A DNA stretch of 53,934 bases from an uncultured euryarchaeote (GTDB taxonomy: Archaea; Thermoplasmatota; Thermoplasmata; UBA10834), in assembly GCA_937872085.1 (NCBI GenBank), contig CALMQK010000363.1, positions 1 through 53,934 on the forward strand, given 5' to 3'. This document shows, piece by piece, positions 27,111 through 36,432 of this stretch (position 1 is the stretch's first letter; each line of letters starts with the position of its first letter). Under the pieces are notes generated by a model that saw only the letters and a list, made by a program, of their open reading frames with translations, was not told where the DNA came from and did no database searches. The position numbers and the translations under genes were made by a program.

Positions 27111-28115
27111 ATGCCAGCCACTAGACGTCCAAGAAAAGGCTCAATGGGCTACTCACCCAGGAAGAGAGCGAGCAGCATAACCGCTAGAATCCAGACGTGG
27201 CCCGAGGGCGGAGACGACGCAAAGCTCCAGGGCTTCGCTGGATACAAGGCAGGGATGACCCACGCATTCATCGTGGACTTCCGCGCGAAGAGCACGACCG
27301 CTGGACAGGAAGTCCGGATCCCGGTCACGGTGCTCGAGGTTCCGCCGATGAAAGTGTGCGCGGTGCGATTCTACCAGGAGACCGCCTACGGCAAGAAGGC
27401 CATCGGCGAGGTCTGGTCCAAGAGCATCGACAAGGAACTCGCAAGGAGACTGCCGATCCCGAAGGACTATGACGAGAAGGCGGGTTGGACAGAGGCAGAG
27501 AAGCTGGAGTATGACGACATCAGGGCTCTGCTCTACACCCAACCAGTGCTAGTGAGCGGCCTGCCGAAGAAGAAGCCCGAGCTGATGGAGATCAGGGTCG
27601 GAGGCAGCAAGATGGAGGACCGGCTGAACTACGCGAAGAGCGTCCTAGGGAAGTCGGTGACGATCAAGGATTTCACCAAGGAAGGCGAGATGGTCGATGT
27701 CTCGTCGATCACGAAGGGCAGAGGGTGGCAGGGTGTCACGAAGAGATGGGGCACGAAGCTGCTCATGCACAAGAACAGCAAGCACAGAAGGCTCATAGGT
27801 ACCTTGGGTACGAAGCGGCCGAACTACGTCAGGCACACAGTCCCCCAAGGCGGCCAGAGAGGGTTCCACCAGAGGACCGAACTCAACAAGCGAGTCCTGA
27901 AGATAGGTGACAACGGAGAAGACATCACCCCCAAGGGCGGGTTCATCAACTATGGCATCGTGAAGAACAGCTACGTCTTGGTGCACGGTTCCGTGCCGGG
28001 CTCGTCGAAGAGGATCGTGAGGCTGAGGGAACCGGTGAGGCTAACGGGCGTCTTGAAACTCGCGGAGCCGCCGCAGATTACATTCATATCGCTCGAATCG
28101 AAGCAGGGGGTGTGA
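27111..28115 (+). CDS. rpl3: 50S ribosomal protein L3
   Basis: MPATRRPRKGSMGYSPRKRA start and the FAGYKAGMTH motif. Confidence 0.95.
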   Translation: MPATRRPRKGSMGYSPRKRASSITARIQTWPEGGDDAKLQGFAGYKAGMTHAFIVDFRAKSTTAGQEVRIPVTVLEVPPMKVCAVRFYQETAYGKKAIGEVWSKSIDKELARRLPIPKDYDEKAGWTEAEKLEYDDIRALLYTQPVLVSGLPKKKPELMEIRVGGSKMEDRLNYAKSVLGKSVTIKDFTKEGEMVDVSSITKGRGWQGVTKRWGTKLLMHKNSKHRRLIGTLGTKRPNYVRHTVPQGGQRGFHQRTELNKRVLKIGDNGEDITPKGGFINYGIVKNSYVLVHGSVPGSSKRIVRLREPVRLTGVLKLAEPPQITFISLESKQGV

Positions 28116-28120
28116 TTCGG

Positions 28121-28957
28121 ATGGCTGAGAAGAAAGCGAAGAAGGTAAAGGCCGAAGAGGCCAAGGAAGAGGCGAAGCCGAAACACATCCCAGGCAAGGT
28201 CAACGTATACGACCTCGAAGGAAAGGTCGCCGGGGAGCAGAACCTTCCAGAGGTCTTCAAGACCGATTTCAGGCCGGACGTGATCAGGAGGGCCGTTACT
28301 GCCATCGAGGCGAACAAGAGGCAGCCGTACGCTCCCTCGCCCACTGCAGGCATGAGGCACTCGGTCCAGACCTGGGGAAAAGGCAGAGGGGTTGCGAGAG
28401 TGCAGAGGCTGATGGACAGCTCACGCGCGGCGCAGTCTCCGAACAACGTCGGGGGAAGGCGTGCCCACCCGCCGAAGGTGGACAAGGACCTCGGCAAGAA
28501 GATCAACAAGCGCGAGATGTCGCTCGCCAAGCTTTCCGCGCTCAGCGCGACAAGCAAGCTTGACATGGTGAGATCACGCGGCCACAAGTTCGGTGAGGAG
28601 CTTACCGTGCCCGTTGTGGTCAAGGACGAATTCGAATCCATCAAGACGACGAAGCGGGCCATCGAAGCGCTGGCATCCATCGGCGTCTACGACGACATCC
28701 AGAGAGCACTCGACGGCAAGAATGTCAGGGCGGGCAGGGGCAAGATGAGAGGCCGCAGGTACAGGATCCCCAAGAGCCTGCTGGTGGTGGTTTCCAAGGA
28801 TTGCCCAGGCATGAAGAGCGTTCAGAACCTGCCTGGCGTGGACGTGGCGACGCCGAATGCGGTCAACGCTTCGTTGCTCGCTCCAGGCGGAGACCCGGGC
28901 AGGCTCGTGCTGATCTCCGAGTCCGCATTCCAGTTGATAGGAGCGTGGAGCCGATGA
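28121..28957 (+). CDS. rpl4: 50S ribosomal protein L4 (short K/E/A-rich N-terminal extension)
   Basis: VYDLEGK...RQPYAPSPTAG...RGGG-like core; operon position. Confidence 0.93.
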   Translation: MAEKKAKKVKAEEAKEEAKPKHIPGKVNVYDLEGKVAGEQNLPEVFKTDFRPDVIRRAVTAIEANKRQPYAPSPTAGMRHSVQTWGKGRGVARVQRLMDSSRAAQSPNNVGGRRAHPPKVDKDLGKKINKREMSLAKLSALSATSKLDMVRSRGHKFGEELTVPVVVKDEFESIKTTKRAIEALASIGVYDDIQRALDGKNVRAGRGKMRGRRYRIPKSLLVVVSKDCPGMKSVQNLPGVDVATPNAVNASLLAPGGDPGRLVLISESAFQLIGAWSR

Positions 28958-29232
28958 GAAGGACGATCATTCTTCATCCGTACGTGACAGAGAAGACGAT
29001 GAACGCGATGTCCGGTACGCCTACCCAGGACCTGAAGGACGGCAACAGGCTGGAGTTCGTGGTCCGGATGGATTCGACGAAGCCCGTCATCAAGAAGGCG
29101 TTCGAGGCCAGGTTCGAGGCGAAGGTCGAGAAGATCAACATCAAGATAATGAAGGACGGGAAGCACGCGATCATCAAGCTCAAGCCGGGCTACTCAGCCG
29201 AGGACATCGGCATGAGGATCGGAATATTCTAG
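28954..29232 (+). CDS. rpl23: 50S ribosomal protein L23
   Basis: ILHPYVTEKTMN...LEFVV; the ATG overlaps the rpl4 stop. Confidence 0.93.
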   Translation: MRRTIILHPYVTEKTMNAMSGTPTQDLKDGNRLEFVVRMDSTKPVIKKAFEARFEAKVEKINIKIMKDGKHAIIKLKPGYSAEDIGMRIGIF

Positions 29233-29244
29233 GTGGGTGACCAA

Positions 29245-29943
29245 ATGGGAAAGAGACTCATAACTCAGAGAAGGGGACGGGGCTTCGGCAGGTACAGGTC
29301 TCCGAGACATCTCAGATTCACCGACGCGACGCATCCGCGCATCAAGCCCGGGAGCGGCACCGTGATGGGGTTGGTCCACGAAGCCGGCAGGATCGCCCCA
29401 CTCGCCAAGATCGAGTTCGGGAAGGTCAAGCAGTTCATGATCGCCCCCGACGGGCTGATGGTCGGCCAGCAGGTGACCTTCGGCGCGGGCGGGGAGATCG
29501 TCGCAGGGAACACGATGCCGGTCGGCACGATCCCAGAGGGAACGATCGTCTACAACATCGAATCACAGCCTGGAGATGGCGGGAAGTTCGCGAGGACCGC
29601 GGGCACGGCCGCGACGATCGTCAGCCACGCGAAGAGGACGACCCTCCTCATGCCCTCGGGCAAGTTCAAGGAGGTCGACAAGAAATGCCTCGCCACGGTA
29701 GGACTGGTCTCTGGCGGAGGGCACAAGGAGAAGCCGTTGGCGAAGTCGGGCAAGAAGTTCCATGCGTACCACGGCAAGGCGAAGGCCTACTTCAAGGTCA
29801 AAGGCGTTGCGATGAACCCGGTCAACCACCCGCATGGTGGCGGTGGTCACCCCCACGTTGGTACCCAATCCAGCGTTGGCAGGAACACGCCCCCCGGAAG
29901 AAAGGTAGGTAGGCTGGCTCCACAAAGGAAGAAGAAGGTGTGA
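29245..29943 (+). CDS. rpl2: 50S ribosomal protein L2
   Basis: MGKRLITQRRGRG...MNPVNHPHGGG. Confidence 0.95.
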   Translation: MGKRLITQRRGRGFGRYRSPRHLRFTDATHPRIKPGSGTVMGLVHEAGRIAPLAKIEFGKVKQFMIAPDGLMVGQQVTFGAGGEIVAGNTMPVGTIPEGTIVYNIESQPGDGGKFARTAGTAATIVSHAKRTTLLMPSGKFKEVDKKCLATVGLVSGGGHKEKPLAKSGKKFHAYHGKAKAYFKVKGVAMNPVNHPHGGGGHPHVGTQSSVGRNTPPGRKVGRLAPQRKKKV

Positions 29944-29946
29944 TGA

Positions 29947-30585
29947 ATGGCCGACGAGAAGAAGAAGGAAGAGAAGCCGGCGAAGGCAGCAGCAAAGGCT
30001 CCAGCGGCTGAGAAAGGCGCGGTGAAGGTCCTGGGCGCCCCAAAGGGTGCAGCGGCACCTGCCGCACCGGCAGCGCCAGCAGCGGCTCCAGGAGTCGCAC
30101 CGGCCCCCGAGAAGAAGATCAAGCCCTCGGCCAGGCACATGGGTTCCGCGAAGTCCGCGAGAAGGAAGCTGAGGAAGAAGAAGAGCCAGATCCAGGCCCG
30201 GAGGAAGAAGGAGTTCACGTACAGAGGCCACTCGATGGAGGAGCTCCTCAAGCTGCCGTTCGCAGACATAATCGAGCTGCTCCCTGCAAGGGCCCGCAGG
30301 ACCTACATCCGCGGACTGAACATCGAGCAGGAAGCGTTCGTGAAGAGGCTGAGAAGGTCCGAAGGACGGCCCGTGAGGACCCACAGACGGGAGATACCGG
30401 TCCTGCCAGAGTTCGTGGGGAAGACGGTTCACATTTACAACGGCAAGGCGTTCCAGCCGATCGACATCAAGCCGGAGATGATAGGCCATGCGCTTGGCGA
30501 GTTCGCGATGACCAGGAAGTCCGTGAAGCACTCCGGCCTGGGAGTCGGTGCGACAAGGTCGTCCAAGTTCATGCCGCTCAAGTGA
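29947..30585 (+). CDS. rps19: 30S ribosomal protein S19 with a ~75-aa A/P/K-rich N-terminal extension
   Basis: Core reads [14 protein letters not shown]...[27 protein letters not shown]. The extension reads [24 protein letters not shown]...[12 protein letters not shown]. Confidence 0.88.
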   Translation: MADEKKKEEKPAKAAAKAPAAEKGAVKVLGAPKGAAAPAAPAAPAAAPGVAPAPEKKIKPSARHMGSAKSARRKLRKKKSQIQARRKKEFTYRGHSMEELLKLPFADIIELLPARARRTYIRGLNIEQEAFVKRLRRSEGRPVRTHRREIPVLPEFVGKTVHIYNGKAFQPIDIKPEMIGHALGEFAMTRKSVKHSGLGVGATRSSKFMPLK

Positions 30586-30600
30586 GGAGGGTGAAAAATC

Positions 30601-31053
30601 ATGAGAGGATATTCACAGACGTCGGACCCGGAAACGACCTCCAGGGCTCTGGGCATGGAGCTCGGAGTCTCACCGAAGCACTGCCGAGAGGTCTGCAAGG
30701 AGCTGAAGGGCATGAAGGTCGAGGACGCCAAGAAGTACCTCCAGGGGGTCATAGAGCTGAAGATCCCGGTGCCCTTCACGAGGTTCAAGATGTACCTCAA
30801 CCCGAAGCGGAAGGTCGGCCCTGCCCGGTTCCCGAAGAATGCGGCGAAGGCCATCCTGAAGGTGCTCGAGAGCGCACAGTCGAACGCGGAGTACAAGGGA
30901 CTCGAGGCCGACAACATGAGGGTAAGGCTGGCGGCCGCGTCCAGAGGAAGGATCCAGAAATCCATGATGCCGAGGGCCCAGGGCAGGAGCACCCCTTGGA
31001 ACGATCAGACGACCAACATAGAGATCGTGCTTGAGGAGGTCGAGGCGTCCTAG
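30601..31053 (+). CDS. rpl22: 50S ribosomal protein L22
   Basis: SPKHCREVCKELKGMKVEDAKKYL; operon position. Confidence 0.92.
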   Translation: MRGYSQTSDPETTSRALGMELGVSPKHCREVCKELKGMKVEDAKKYLQGVIELKIPVPFTRFKMYLNPKRKVGPARFPKNAAKAILKVLESAQSNAEYKGLEADNMRVRLAAASRGRIQKSMMPRAQGRSTPWNDQTTNIEIVLEEVEAS

Positions 31054-31078
31054 GACGGCCCTCGAAGGAGTGATCATA

Positions 31079-32050
31079 ATGGCAAGTGAGAGGAAGTTTG
31101 TCACTGAGAACATTCGGCGCGTCCTGCTCAAGGAGTACCTGATGAAAAGGGTTGGCAGAGCCGGGTTCGGAGGGCTGGACGTGCAGAGGACGCCCATGGG
31201 CACGAGGGTCACGCTCATAACCGAGAGGCCGGGTCTGGTCATAGGCAGGAGGGGCGAGAACATCAAGAGCCTAACGCAGGCGATCGAGCATGATTTCAAC
31301 TTCAACAACCCGCAGATCGAGGTCCAGGAAGTCGATAACCCGAACCTGAACGCGCAGATCATGGCGGAGAAGCTCGCGAACGCACTCGAGCGGGGTTGGC
31401 ACTTCAGACGTGCGGGCCACTCGACGGTGCGAAGGATCATGGAGAATGGAGCGAGGGGATGCCAGGTCATAATCTCCGGCAAGCTCACCGGCCAGAGGCA
31501 CAGGACCGAGAAGTTCAAGGATGGACACATAAAGTACTGCGGCCAGGCCAAGCTGAATTTCATGCGCCAAGGTTTCGCGGCGGCCAAACTGAAACCTGGG
31601 GTAATCGGAGTCACGGTCCAGATCATGGACCCGAACGCGAAGCTCCCAGACGAGATAACGATCTTTCCGCCTGCACCCGCCCCCGAAGCACAAGTCGCCA
31701 CCCCAGAAGTGGCCGCTGCTGCGAAGGCCGATGAGAAGAAGGCGGAGGAAGCGGTCGCGGAACTGAAGAGGACCATCGAAGGAGAAAGTTCCGCCAAGCC
31801 GAAGCGTGTGAGGAAGAAGAAGGAGGAGGGCGAGCCCCAAGCCCCGATTGTTCCTGGCGAGGAAGAGAAGAAGATCGTCAGGAAGGCCAGGAAGAAGAAG
31901 GAAATCGCGCCGCCAGCTGCGGGAGAGGCCATCGTTGCAGTGACGCCTCCGGTCCAGGCGATAGTGGTGACAGAGCAGCCCAAACCGCCCGCGGAGACCC
32001 CCGAGAAGAAGGTGGAACAGGCTGAAGAGAAGAAGAAGGAGGCGCAGTAG
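31079..32050 (+). CDS. rps3: 30S ribosomal protein S3 with a ~120-aa A/P/K/E-rich C-terminal extension
   Basis: KH-domain core KFVTENIRRVLLKEYL...GRRGENIK, followed by the tail PAPAPEAQVATPEVAAAAKADEKKAEE...EEKKKEAQ. Confidence 0.92.
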   Translation: MASERKFVTENIRRVLLKEYLMKRVGRAGFGGLDVQRTPMGTRVTLITERPGLVIGRRGENIKSLTQAIEHDFNFNNPQIEVQEVDNPNLNAQIMAEKLANALERGWHFRRAGHSTVRRIMENGARGCQVIISGKLTGQRHRTEKFKDGHIKYCGQAKLNFMRQGFAAAKLKPGVIGVTVQIMDPNAKLPDEITIFPPAPAPEAQVATPEVAAAAKADEKKAEEAVAELKRTIEGESSAKPKRVRKKKEEGEPQAPIVPGEEEKKIVRKARKKKEIAPPAAGEAIVAVTPPVQAIVVTEQPKPPAETPEKKVEQAEEKKKEAQ

Positions 32051-32051
32051 A

Positions 32052-32378
32052 ATGGTTCTTCTCAAGTCCAAGGAGATCAGGGCGATGAGGCCCGACGACC
32101 TCATGGCCAAGTTCAAGGAGATCAACGACGAGCTGATGCACGAGAGAGGCGTGGCGGCGATGGGCGGCGCACCCGCGAGCCCAGGCAGGCTCCGCGCTCT
32201 CCGCACGGAGGTCGCGAGGATACACACGATCATGCGGGAAATAGAGCTGGCCAAAGCAGTGAAGGCCGGCCCGAGACCCGCGATGGAAGCGAAGGCAAAG
32301 GCGGAACCGAAGAAGACCCCGATGCCGAAGACGAAGAAACCGGTGGCCAAGAGGCCGACGAAGGAGGAGAAGAAGTAA
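32052..32378 (+). CDS. rpl29: 50S ribosomal protein L29 with a K/P/A-rich C-terminal extension
   Basis: [25 protein letters not shown] core; tail [29 protein letters not shown]. Confidence 0.9.
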   Translation: MVLLKSKEIRAMRPDDLMAKFKEINDELMHERGVAAMGGAPASPGRLRALRTEVARIHTIMREIELAKAVKAGPRPAMEAKAKAEPKKTPMPKTKKPVAKRPTKEEKK

Positions 32379-32677
32379 TGGGTGGAATTTGCTCGGTATG
32401 TGGACTACCTGAAGAGCTCTGCATGTGTGAACAGATAGCGAAGGAACAACAGAAGATACGTATACTCACGGACACCAGAAGGTACGGCAAGGTCGTGACC
32501 GTGGTCGAAGGCATCGACTCGACGGACATAGACCTGAACGACCTCGCAAGGAAACTCAAGACCCGGTGCGCCGCCGGTGGCACTGCCAAGGAGGGCAGGA
32601 TAGAGCTGCAGGGCGACCACAAGAGGAAGGTCAAAGAGGTCCTCGAGGAGCTGGGATTCTCCGTGGTGAGCAGGTAG
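32378..32677 (+). CDS. sui1: Translation initiation factor aSUI1 (eIF1)
   Basis: [13 protein letters not shown]...[14 protein letters not shown]...[10 protein letters not shown]. Confidence 0.92.
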   Translation: MGGICSVCGLPEELCMCEQIAKEQQKIRILTDTRRYGKVVTVVEGIDSTDIDLNDLARKLKTRCAAGGTAKEGRIELQGDHKRKVKEVLEELGFSVVSR

Positions 32678-32683
32678 CCGAGC

Positions 32684-32947
32684 ATGAGTTTAGGAGATTT
32701 CCGGAGACGCGAGTTCATCGGACTGGACGTGGAGGTCCTGGAGTCCACCTGCAAGGAGTACCTTGGGATCAAGGGCAGGGTCGTGGACGAATCCAGGAAC
32801 ACATTCACGGTCGAGCAATCCGGGAAACCGAGGATGGTTCCCAAGGACTGCTGCAGGTTCCGGTTCGTGAACGAGGCGGGAGCGCACATCGTCTCCGGCG
32901 AGGACATCAAGTTCAGACCTGAGGACAGGATCAAGAAAGTGCGGTAG
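32684..32947 (+). CDS. rnp1: RNase P protein component 1 (Rpp29)
   Basis: EFIGLDVEVLESTCKEYLGIKGRVVDESRNTF is typical of Rpp29; canonical position between sui1 and rps17. Confidence 0.88.
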   Translation: MSLGDFRRREFIGLDVEVLESTCKEYLGIKGRVVDESRNTFTVEQSGKPRMVPKDCCRFRFVNEAGAHIVSGEDIKFRPEDRIKKVR

Positions 32948-32958
32948 GGTGAGATGCG

Positions 32959-33318
32959 ATGGCAGAGAAGGTCAAGAAGACGACTCAGACCGGCGTTAGG
33001 GACATAGGGCTCGACATGGAGCCGCCGAAGGGCATGTGCAAGGATCAGAACTGCCCGTGGCACGGTACGCTGCCGGTCAGGGGCACCATCCTGAGCGGCA
33101 CGGTCGTGTCCGCCAAGATGCAGACCACCGTGGCCATAGAGAGGCAGTACATGAGGAGCCTGCCCAAGTTCGAGAGACTGGAGAAGAGGACGAGCAAGTA
33201 TCTAGCACACTCCTCGCCCTGCATGCAGGCGAAGATCGGTGACGACGTCACCATCATGGAGTGCCGACCCCTCAGCAAGAGAGTATCATACGTCGTGATA
33301 GAGAACAAACGGAAGTGA
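32959..33318 (+). CDS. rps17: 30S ribosomal protein S17
   Basis: [16 protein letters not shown]...[13 protein letters not shown]. Confidence 0.93.
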   Translation: MAEKVKKTTQTGVRDIGLDMEPPKGMCKDQNCPWHGTLPVRGTILSGTVVSAKMQTTVAIERQYMRSLPKFERLEKRTSKYLAHSSPCMQAKIGDDVTIMECRPLSKRVSYVVIENKRK

Positions 33319-33323
33319 TTACG

Positions 33324-33722
33324 ATGAAAGCAATTCCCGGAAGACAGACGCGAGGCATACCGACCCGTGCAAGGCTCGACTGCATCGACAACACCGGCGC
33401 GAAGATAGTCGAGGTGGTGAGCGTTCCGAAGTATCACGGGACCAAGAGGAGGTACCCGAACGCCGCGCTGGGCGAGATGATGGTCATCACGGTCAAGAAG
33501 GGCACACCTGAGGTCAGGAAGCAGCTGTTCAGGGCAGTCATTGTCAGGCAGAAGAGGGCTTTCCGAAGGCCCGATGGCACGATGGTCCAGTTCGAGGACA
33601 ATGCCGTCGTCCTGATCACCGATACTGGAGAGACGAAGGGGACGGACATCAAGGGGCCGGTCGCGAGGGAGGCCGCTGAGAGGTGGCCGAGGATCGCTGC
33701 GACCGCGTCGATGATCGTGTGA
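33324..33722 (+). CDS. rpl14: 50S ribosomal protein L14
   Basis: [18 protein letters not shown]. Confidence 0.95.
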   Translation: MKAIPGRQTRGIPTRARLDCIDNTGAKIVEVVSVPKYHGTKRRYPNAALGEMMVITVKKGTPEVRKQLFRAVIVRQKRAFRRPDGTMVQFEDNAVVLITDTGETKGTDIKGPVAREAAERWPRIAATASMIV

Positions 33723-33734
33723 GGAGGTTGGACC

Positions 33735-34118
33735 ATGGCATTGACAACTAGCACGAAGGCAAACAAGCAGAGGAAGGCGAGGGCCAATGCGCCCCTTCAC
33801 ATGAAGAAGAGGATGGTGGCGGCGCACCTTAGTTCCGCGCTCATGAGCGAATACAACGTCCGCTCCTTGCCCGTGAGAAAGGGCGACACCGTCAAGCTGC
33901 TCCGAGGGGCGAAGGACTTCAAGACATCAGAGGCGAAGGTCGCATCTGTCGACCTCAAGAGTTGCAAGATCATAGTCGAGAACGTCACGGTACCAAAGGC
34001 CGACGGCACGCAGAAGCCGAGGCCCGTCGACCCATCGGACGTCCTGCTGACCAAGCTCGACCTCTCCGATCCCTGGAGAAAGAGCAAACTGGACAGTCTC
34101 AAGGGAGGCATGAGCTAG
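33735..34118 (+). CDS. rpl24: 50S ribosomal protein L24
   Basis: KGDTVKLLRGAKDFKTSEAKV (KOW motif); operon position. Confidence 0.92.
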   Translation: MALTTSTKANKQRKARANAPLHMKKRMVAAHLSSALMSEYNVRSLPVRKGDTVKLLRGAKDFKTSEAKVASVDLKSCKIIVENVTVPKADGTQKPRPVDPSDVLLTKLDLSDPWRKSKLDSLKGGMS

Positions 34119-34829
34119 ATGAAGAAGCACCTCAAGAGGATGGCTGCGCCGAGCAGCTGGCCGATCACAAGGAAGACTAGCCACTGGGTGAGCAAGCCCA
34201 GCCCTGGACCGCACGGGACCGAGGATTCGATGCCGCTGGCGATGGTGATAAGGGACATGCTGAAGCTATGCGACAACTCCAGGGAGGCGAGGTTCATCAT
34301 AGGCAGCAGGGGAGTCCAGGTCGACGGCAGGATCGTCACGGACTACAAGTTCCCGATCGGGCTCATGGACGTAGTCACGGTCCTGAAGTCCAAAGAGAGC
34401 TACCGCATGCTGATAGACTACAAATCCAAGTTGCACCTGGTCCGGATCGAGGACAACGAGAAGGGCTGGAAGCTCGCCAGGATCGACAACAAGAAGGTCG
34501 TGAAGAAGGGGACGGTGCAGCTCAACCTGCATGACGGCAGGTGCATGCTCTTCCCGAGGGACCAGTACAAGACAGGCGACGTCCTGAAGCTCGAACTGCC
34601 TTCGCAGAAGGTCATGAAGGCCTTCAAGCTCGAGAAGGGGAACGTCGCGCTGCTCATTGGCGGGTCGCACCCCGGAAGCCTTCAGACGATAGAGGACTAC
34701 CAGGTGAGGAGGGGCTCCGCGCCCAACCTCGTGACGTTCAAGGAAGGCTTCTCGACGATCAAGGAGAACGTGTTCGTGGTCGGAGAGAAGACGCCCGAGA
34801 TCAAACTGCTGGAGGCGAAAGTCGCATGA
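34119..34829 (+). CDS. rps4e: 30S ribosomal protein S4e
   Basis: MKKHLKRMAAPSSWPI...PGPH. Confidence 0.95.
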   Translation: MKKHLKRMAAPSSWPITRKTSHWVSKPSPGPHGTEDSMPLAMVIRDMLKLCDNSREARFIIGSRGVQVDGRIVTDYKFPIGLMDVVTVLKSKESYRMLIDYKSKLHLVRIEDNEKGWKLARIDNKKVVKKGTVQLNLHDGRCMLFPRDQYKTGDVLKLELPSQKVMKAFKLEKGNVALLIGGSHPGSLQTIEDYQVRRGSAPNLVTFKEGFSTIKENVFVVGEKTPEIKLLEAKVA

Positions 34830-35338
34830 CCAACGGTATGAGGGAGATACGCCTGGAGAAGGCCGTCGTCAACATCGGCGTGGGCGAGGCAGGCGAGAGG
34901 CTCCTGAAAGCGGAGAAGGTCCTCAAGATGATCACTGGGAAGAAGCCCGTGAGGACCGTCGCGAAGACGACCAACAGGGACTTCGGCATCAGGGAGGGCA
35001 TGCAGATCGGGTGCAAGGTCACCCTGAGAGGGGACGAGGCGATGGAGTTCGTCAAGAAGGCGCTCTACATCAGGGATAACAAGATGGCGGCCTACTCGTT
35101 CGACCCCGTGGGCAACTTCTCGTTCGGCATTCAGGATTACACCGACTTCCCGGGGATGAAGTACGACCCCGAGATCGGCATATTCGGCTTGGACGTGAGC
35201 GCGGCCCTTGGCAGGCGTGGGAAGAGGGTCCAGATAAGGCGCATCCTGAGGGCCAAGGTGCCCAAGTACCAGAGGCTGACGAAGAAGGAAGGGATCGAGT
35301 TCGTCAAGTCCAAGTTCGGTGTGGAGGTGGTCGATTGA
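34826..35338 (+). CDS. rpl5: 50S ribosomal protein L5
   Basis: [22 protein letters not shown]; the ATG overlaps the rps4e stop. Confidence 0.94.
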   Translation: MTNGMREIRLEKAVVNIGVGEAGERLLKAEKVLKMITGKKPVRTVAKTTNRDFGIREGMQIGCKVTLRGDEAMEFVKKALYIRDNKMAAYSFDPVGNFSFGIQDYTDFPGMKYDPEIGIFGLDVSAALGRRGKRVQIRRILRAKVPKYQRLTKKEGIEFVKSKFGVEVVD

Positions 35339-35481
35339 AGCCCAAGAAAGTGTTCGGAAGGACGATCGGATGCACCAGATGCGGAAGGAAGAGGGGCATC
35401 ATCCGAAGGTACGGGATGCACCTATGCAGACAGTGCTTCCGAGAGATCGCACCAAACATCGGATTCAGGAAGTACTCGTGA
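35335..35481 (+). CDS. rps14: 30S ribosomal protein S14 (type Z); 48 aa, absent from the ORF track; TTG start
   Basis: My translation is (L/M)[47 protein letters not shown]. CxxC...CxxC present. The TTG overlaps the rpl5 stop. Confidence 0.85.
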   Translation: MKPKKVFGRTIGCTRCGRKRGIIRRYGMHLCRQCFREIAPNIGFRKYS

Positions 35482-35492
35482 GGTGAGATGAC

Positions 35493-35882
35493 ATGCAACA
35501 CGATACACTCAACGACGCGATGGGAGTCATCAAGAACGCCGAGAGGGTCGGGAAGGGCGAGTGCGAACTCCGCCCGTCGTCGAAGCTCATCGGCCGCGTG
35601 CTCAAGGTGATGCAGGAGAGCGGCTACATCAAGCAGTTCGAGCTGATCGAGGACGGCAGGAACCGGATGTTCAAGGTCGCGCTCTCGGGCCACATAAACA
35701 ACTGCGGCGTGATCAGGCCCAGGTATGCGGTCAAGGCGGCCGACCTGGAGAAGTACGAGGCCAGGTACCTGCCAGCACAGGATTTCGGAGTACTGATACT
35801 CACGACGACGAAGGGCGTCGTGACTCATATGGATGCTAAGAAAGGGGGCGTCGGCGGCAGATTGCTGGCGTTCGTCTACTGA
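35493..35882 (+). CDS. rps8: 30S ribosomal protein S8
   Basis: [18 protein letters not shown]. Confidence 0.95.
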   Translation: MQHDTLNDAMGVIKNAERVGKGECELRPSSKLIGRVLKVMQESGYIKQFELIEDGRNRMFKVALSGHINNCGVIRPRYAVKAADLEKYEARYLPAQDFGVLILTTTKGVVTHMDAKKGGVGGRLLAFVY

Positions 35883-35892
35883 GGTGTTCACA

Positions 35893-36432
35893 ATGCGCAC
35901 AGGAATGCTGAAGGATGAGATAGAGATCCCGGAGAAGGTCCAAGTTAGCATAGCCGACGGGATCGTCAATGTCAAGGGACCTCAAGGGGAGGTCTCGAAG
36001 AAGCTCTCGCACCCGAGGATCAAGGTCGAGAAGAAGGGGGATCACATCGTGGTCTCGAGCGAGCTTCCGAGGAAGCGGGAGAAGGCGCTCGTGGGAACGT
36101 ACGGAGCCCACATACGGAACATGCTCGTCGGGACCACCAAGGGCTTCGAGTACAAGATGAAGATCGTCTACGCGCACTTCCCGATCAAGGCATCGGTCAA
36201 GGGGGACGTGTTCCTAATCGAGAACTTCCTTGGAGAGAAGCACCCGAGGAAGGCCGATATCCTCGGCTCGACGAAGGTCGTCATCAAGGGGGACCAGGTC
36301 TCGGTCACGAGTCCGAACGTCGAGGATGCAGGCCAGACCGCGGCGAACATCGAGCGCGGGACGAAGATCAAGGGCTTTGACCCGAGGGTCTTCCAGGACG
36401 GCATCTACATCATAGAGAAGCCCGGGAGGTGA
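35893..36432 (+). CDS. rpl6: 50S ribosomal protein L6
   Basis: IEIPEKVQVSIADGIVNVKGPQGE. Confidence 0.94.
   Translation: MRTGMLKDEIEIPEKVQVSIADGIVNVKGPQGEVSKKLSHPRIKVEKKGDHIVVSSELPRKREKALVGTYGAHIRNMLVGTTKGFEYKMKIVYAHFPIKASVKGDVFLIENFLGEKHPRKADILGSTKVVIKGDQVSVTSPNVEDAGQTAANIERGTKIKGFDPRVFQDGIYIIEKPGR

Noticed and set aside
29947-30138. The S19 N-terminal extension as untranslated spacer, with the real start at the internal ATG 30139.
   Set aside because: That would leave a ~195-nt gap in an operon whose other junctions are 0-25 nt. The frame also stays open with lysine/alanine codon periodicity. It is kept as translated but flagged for verification.
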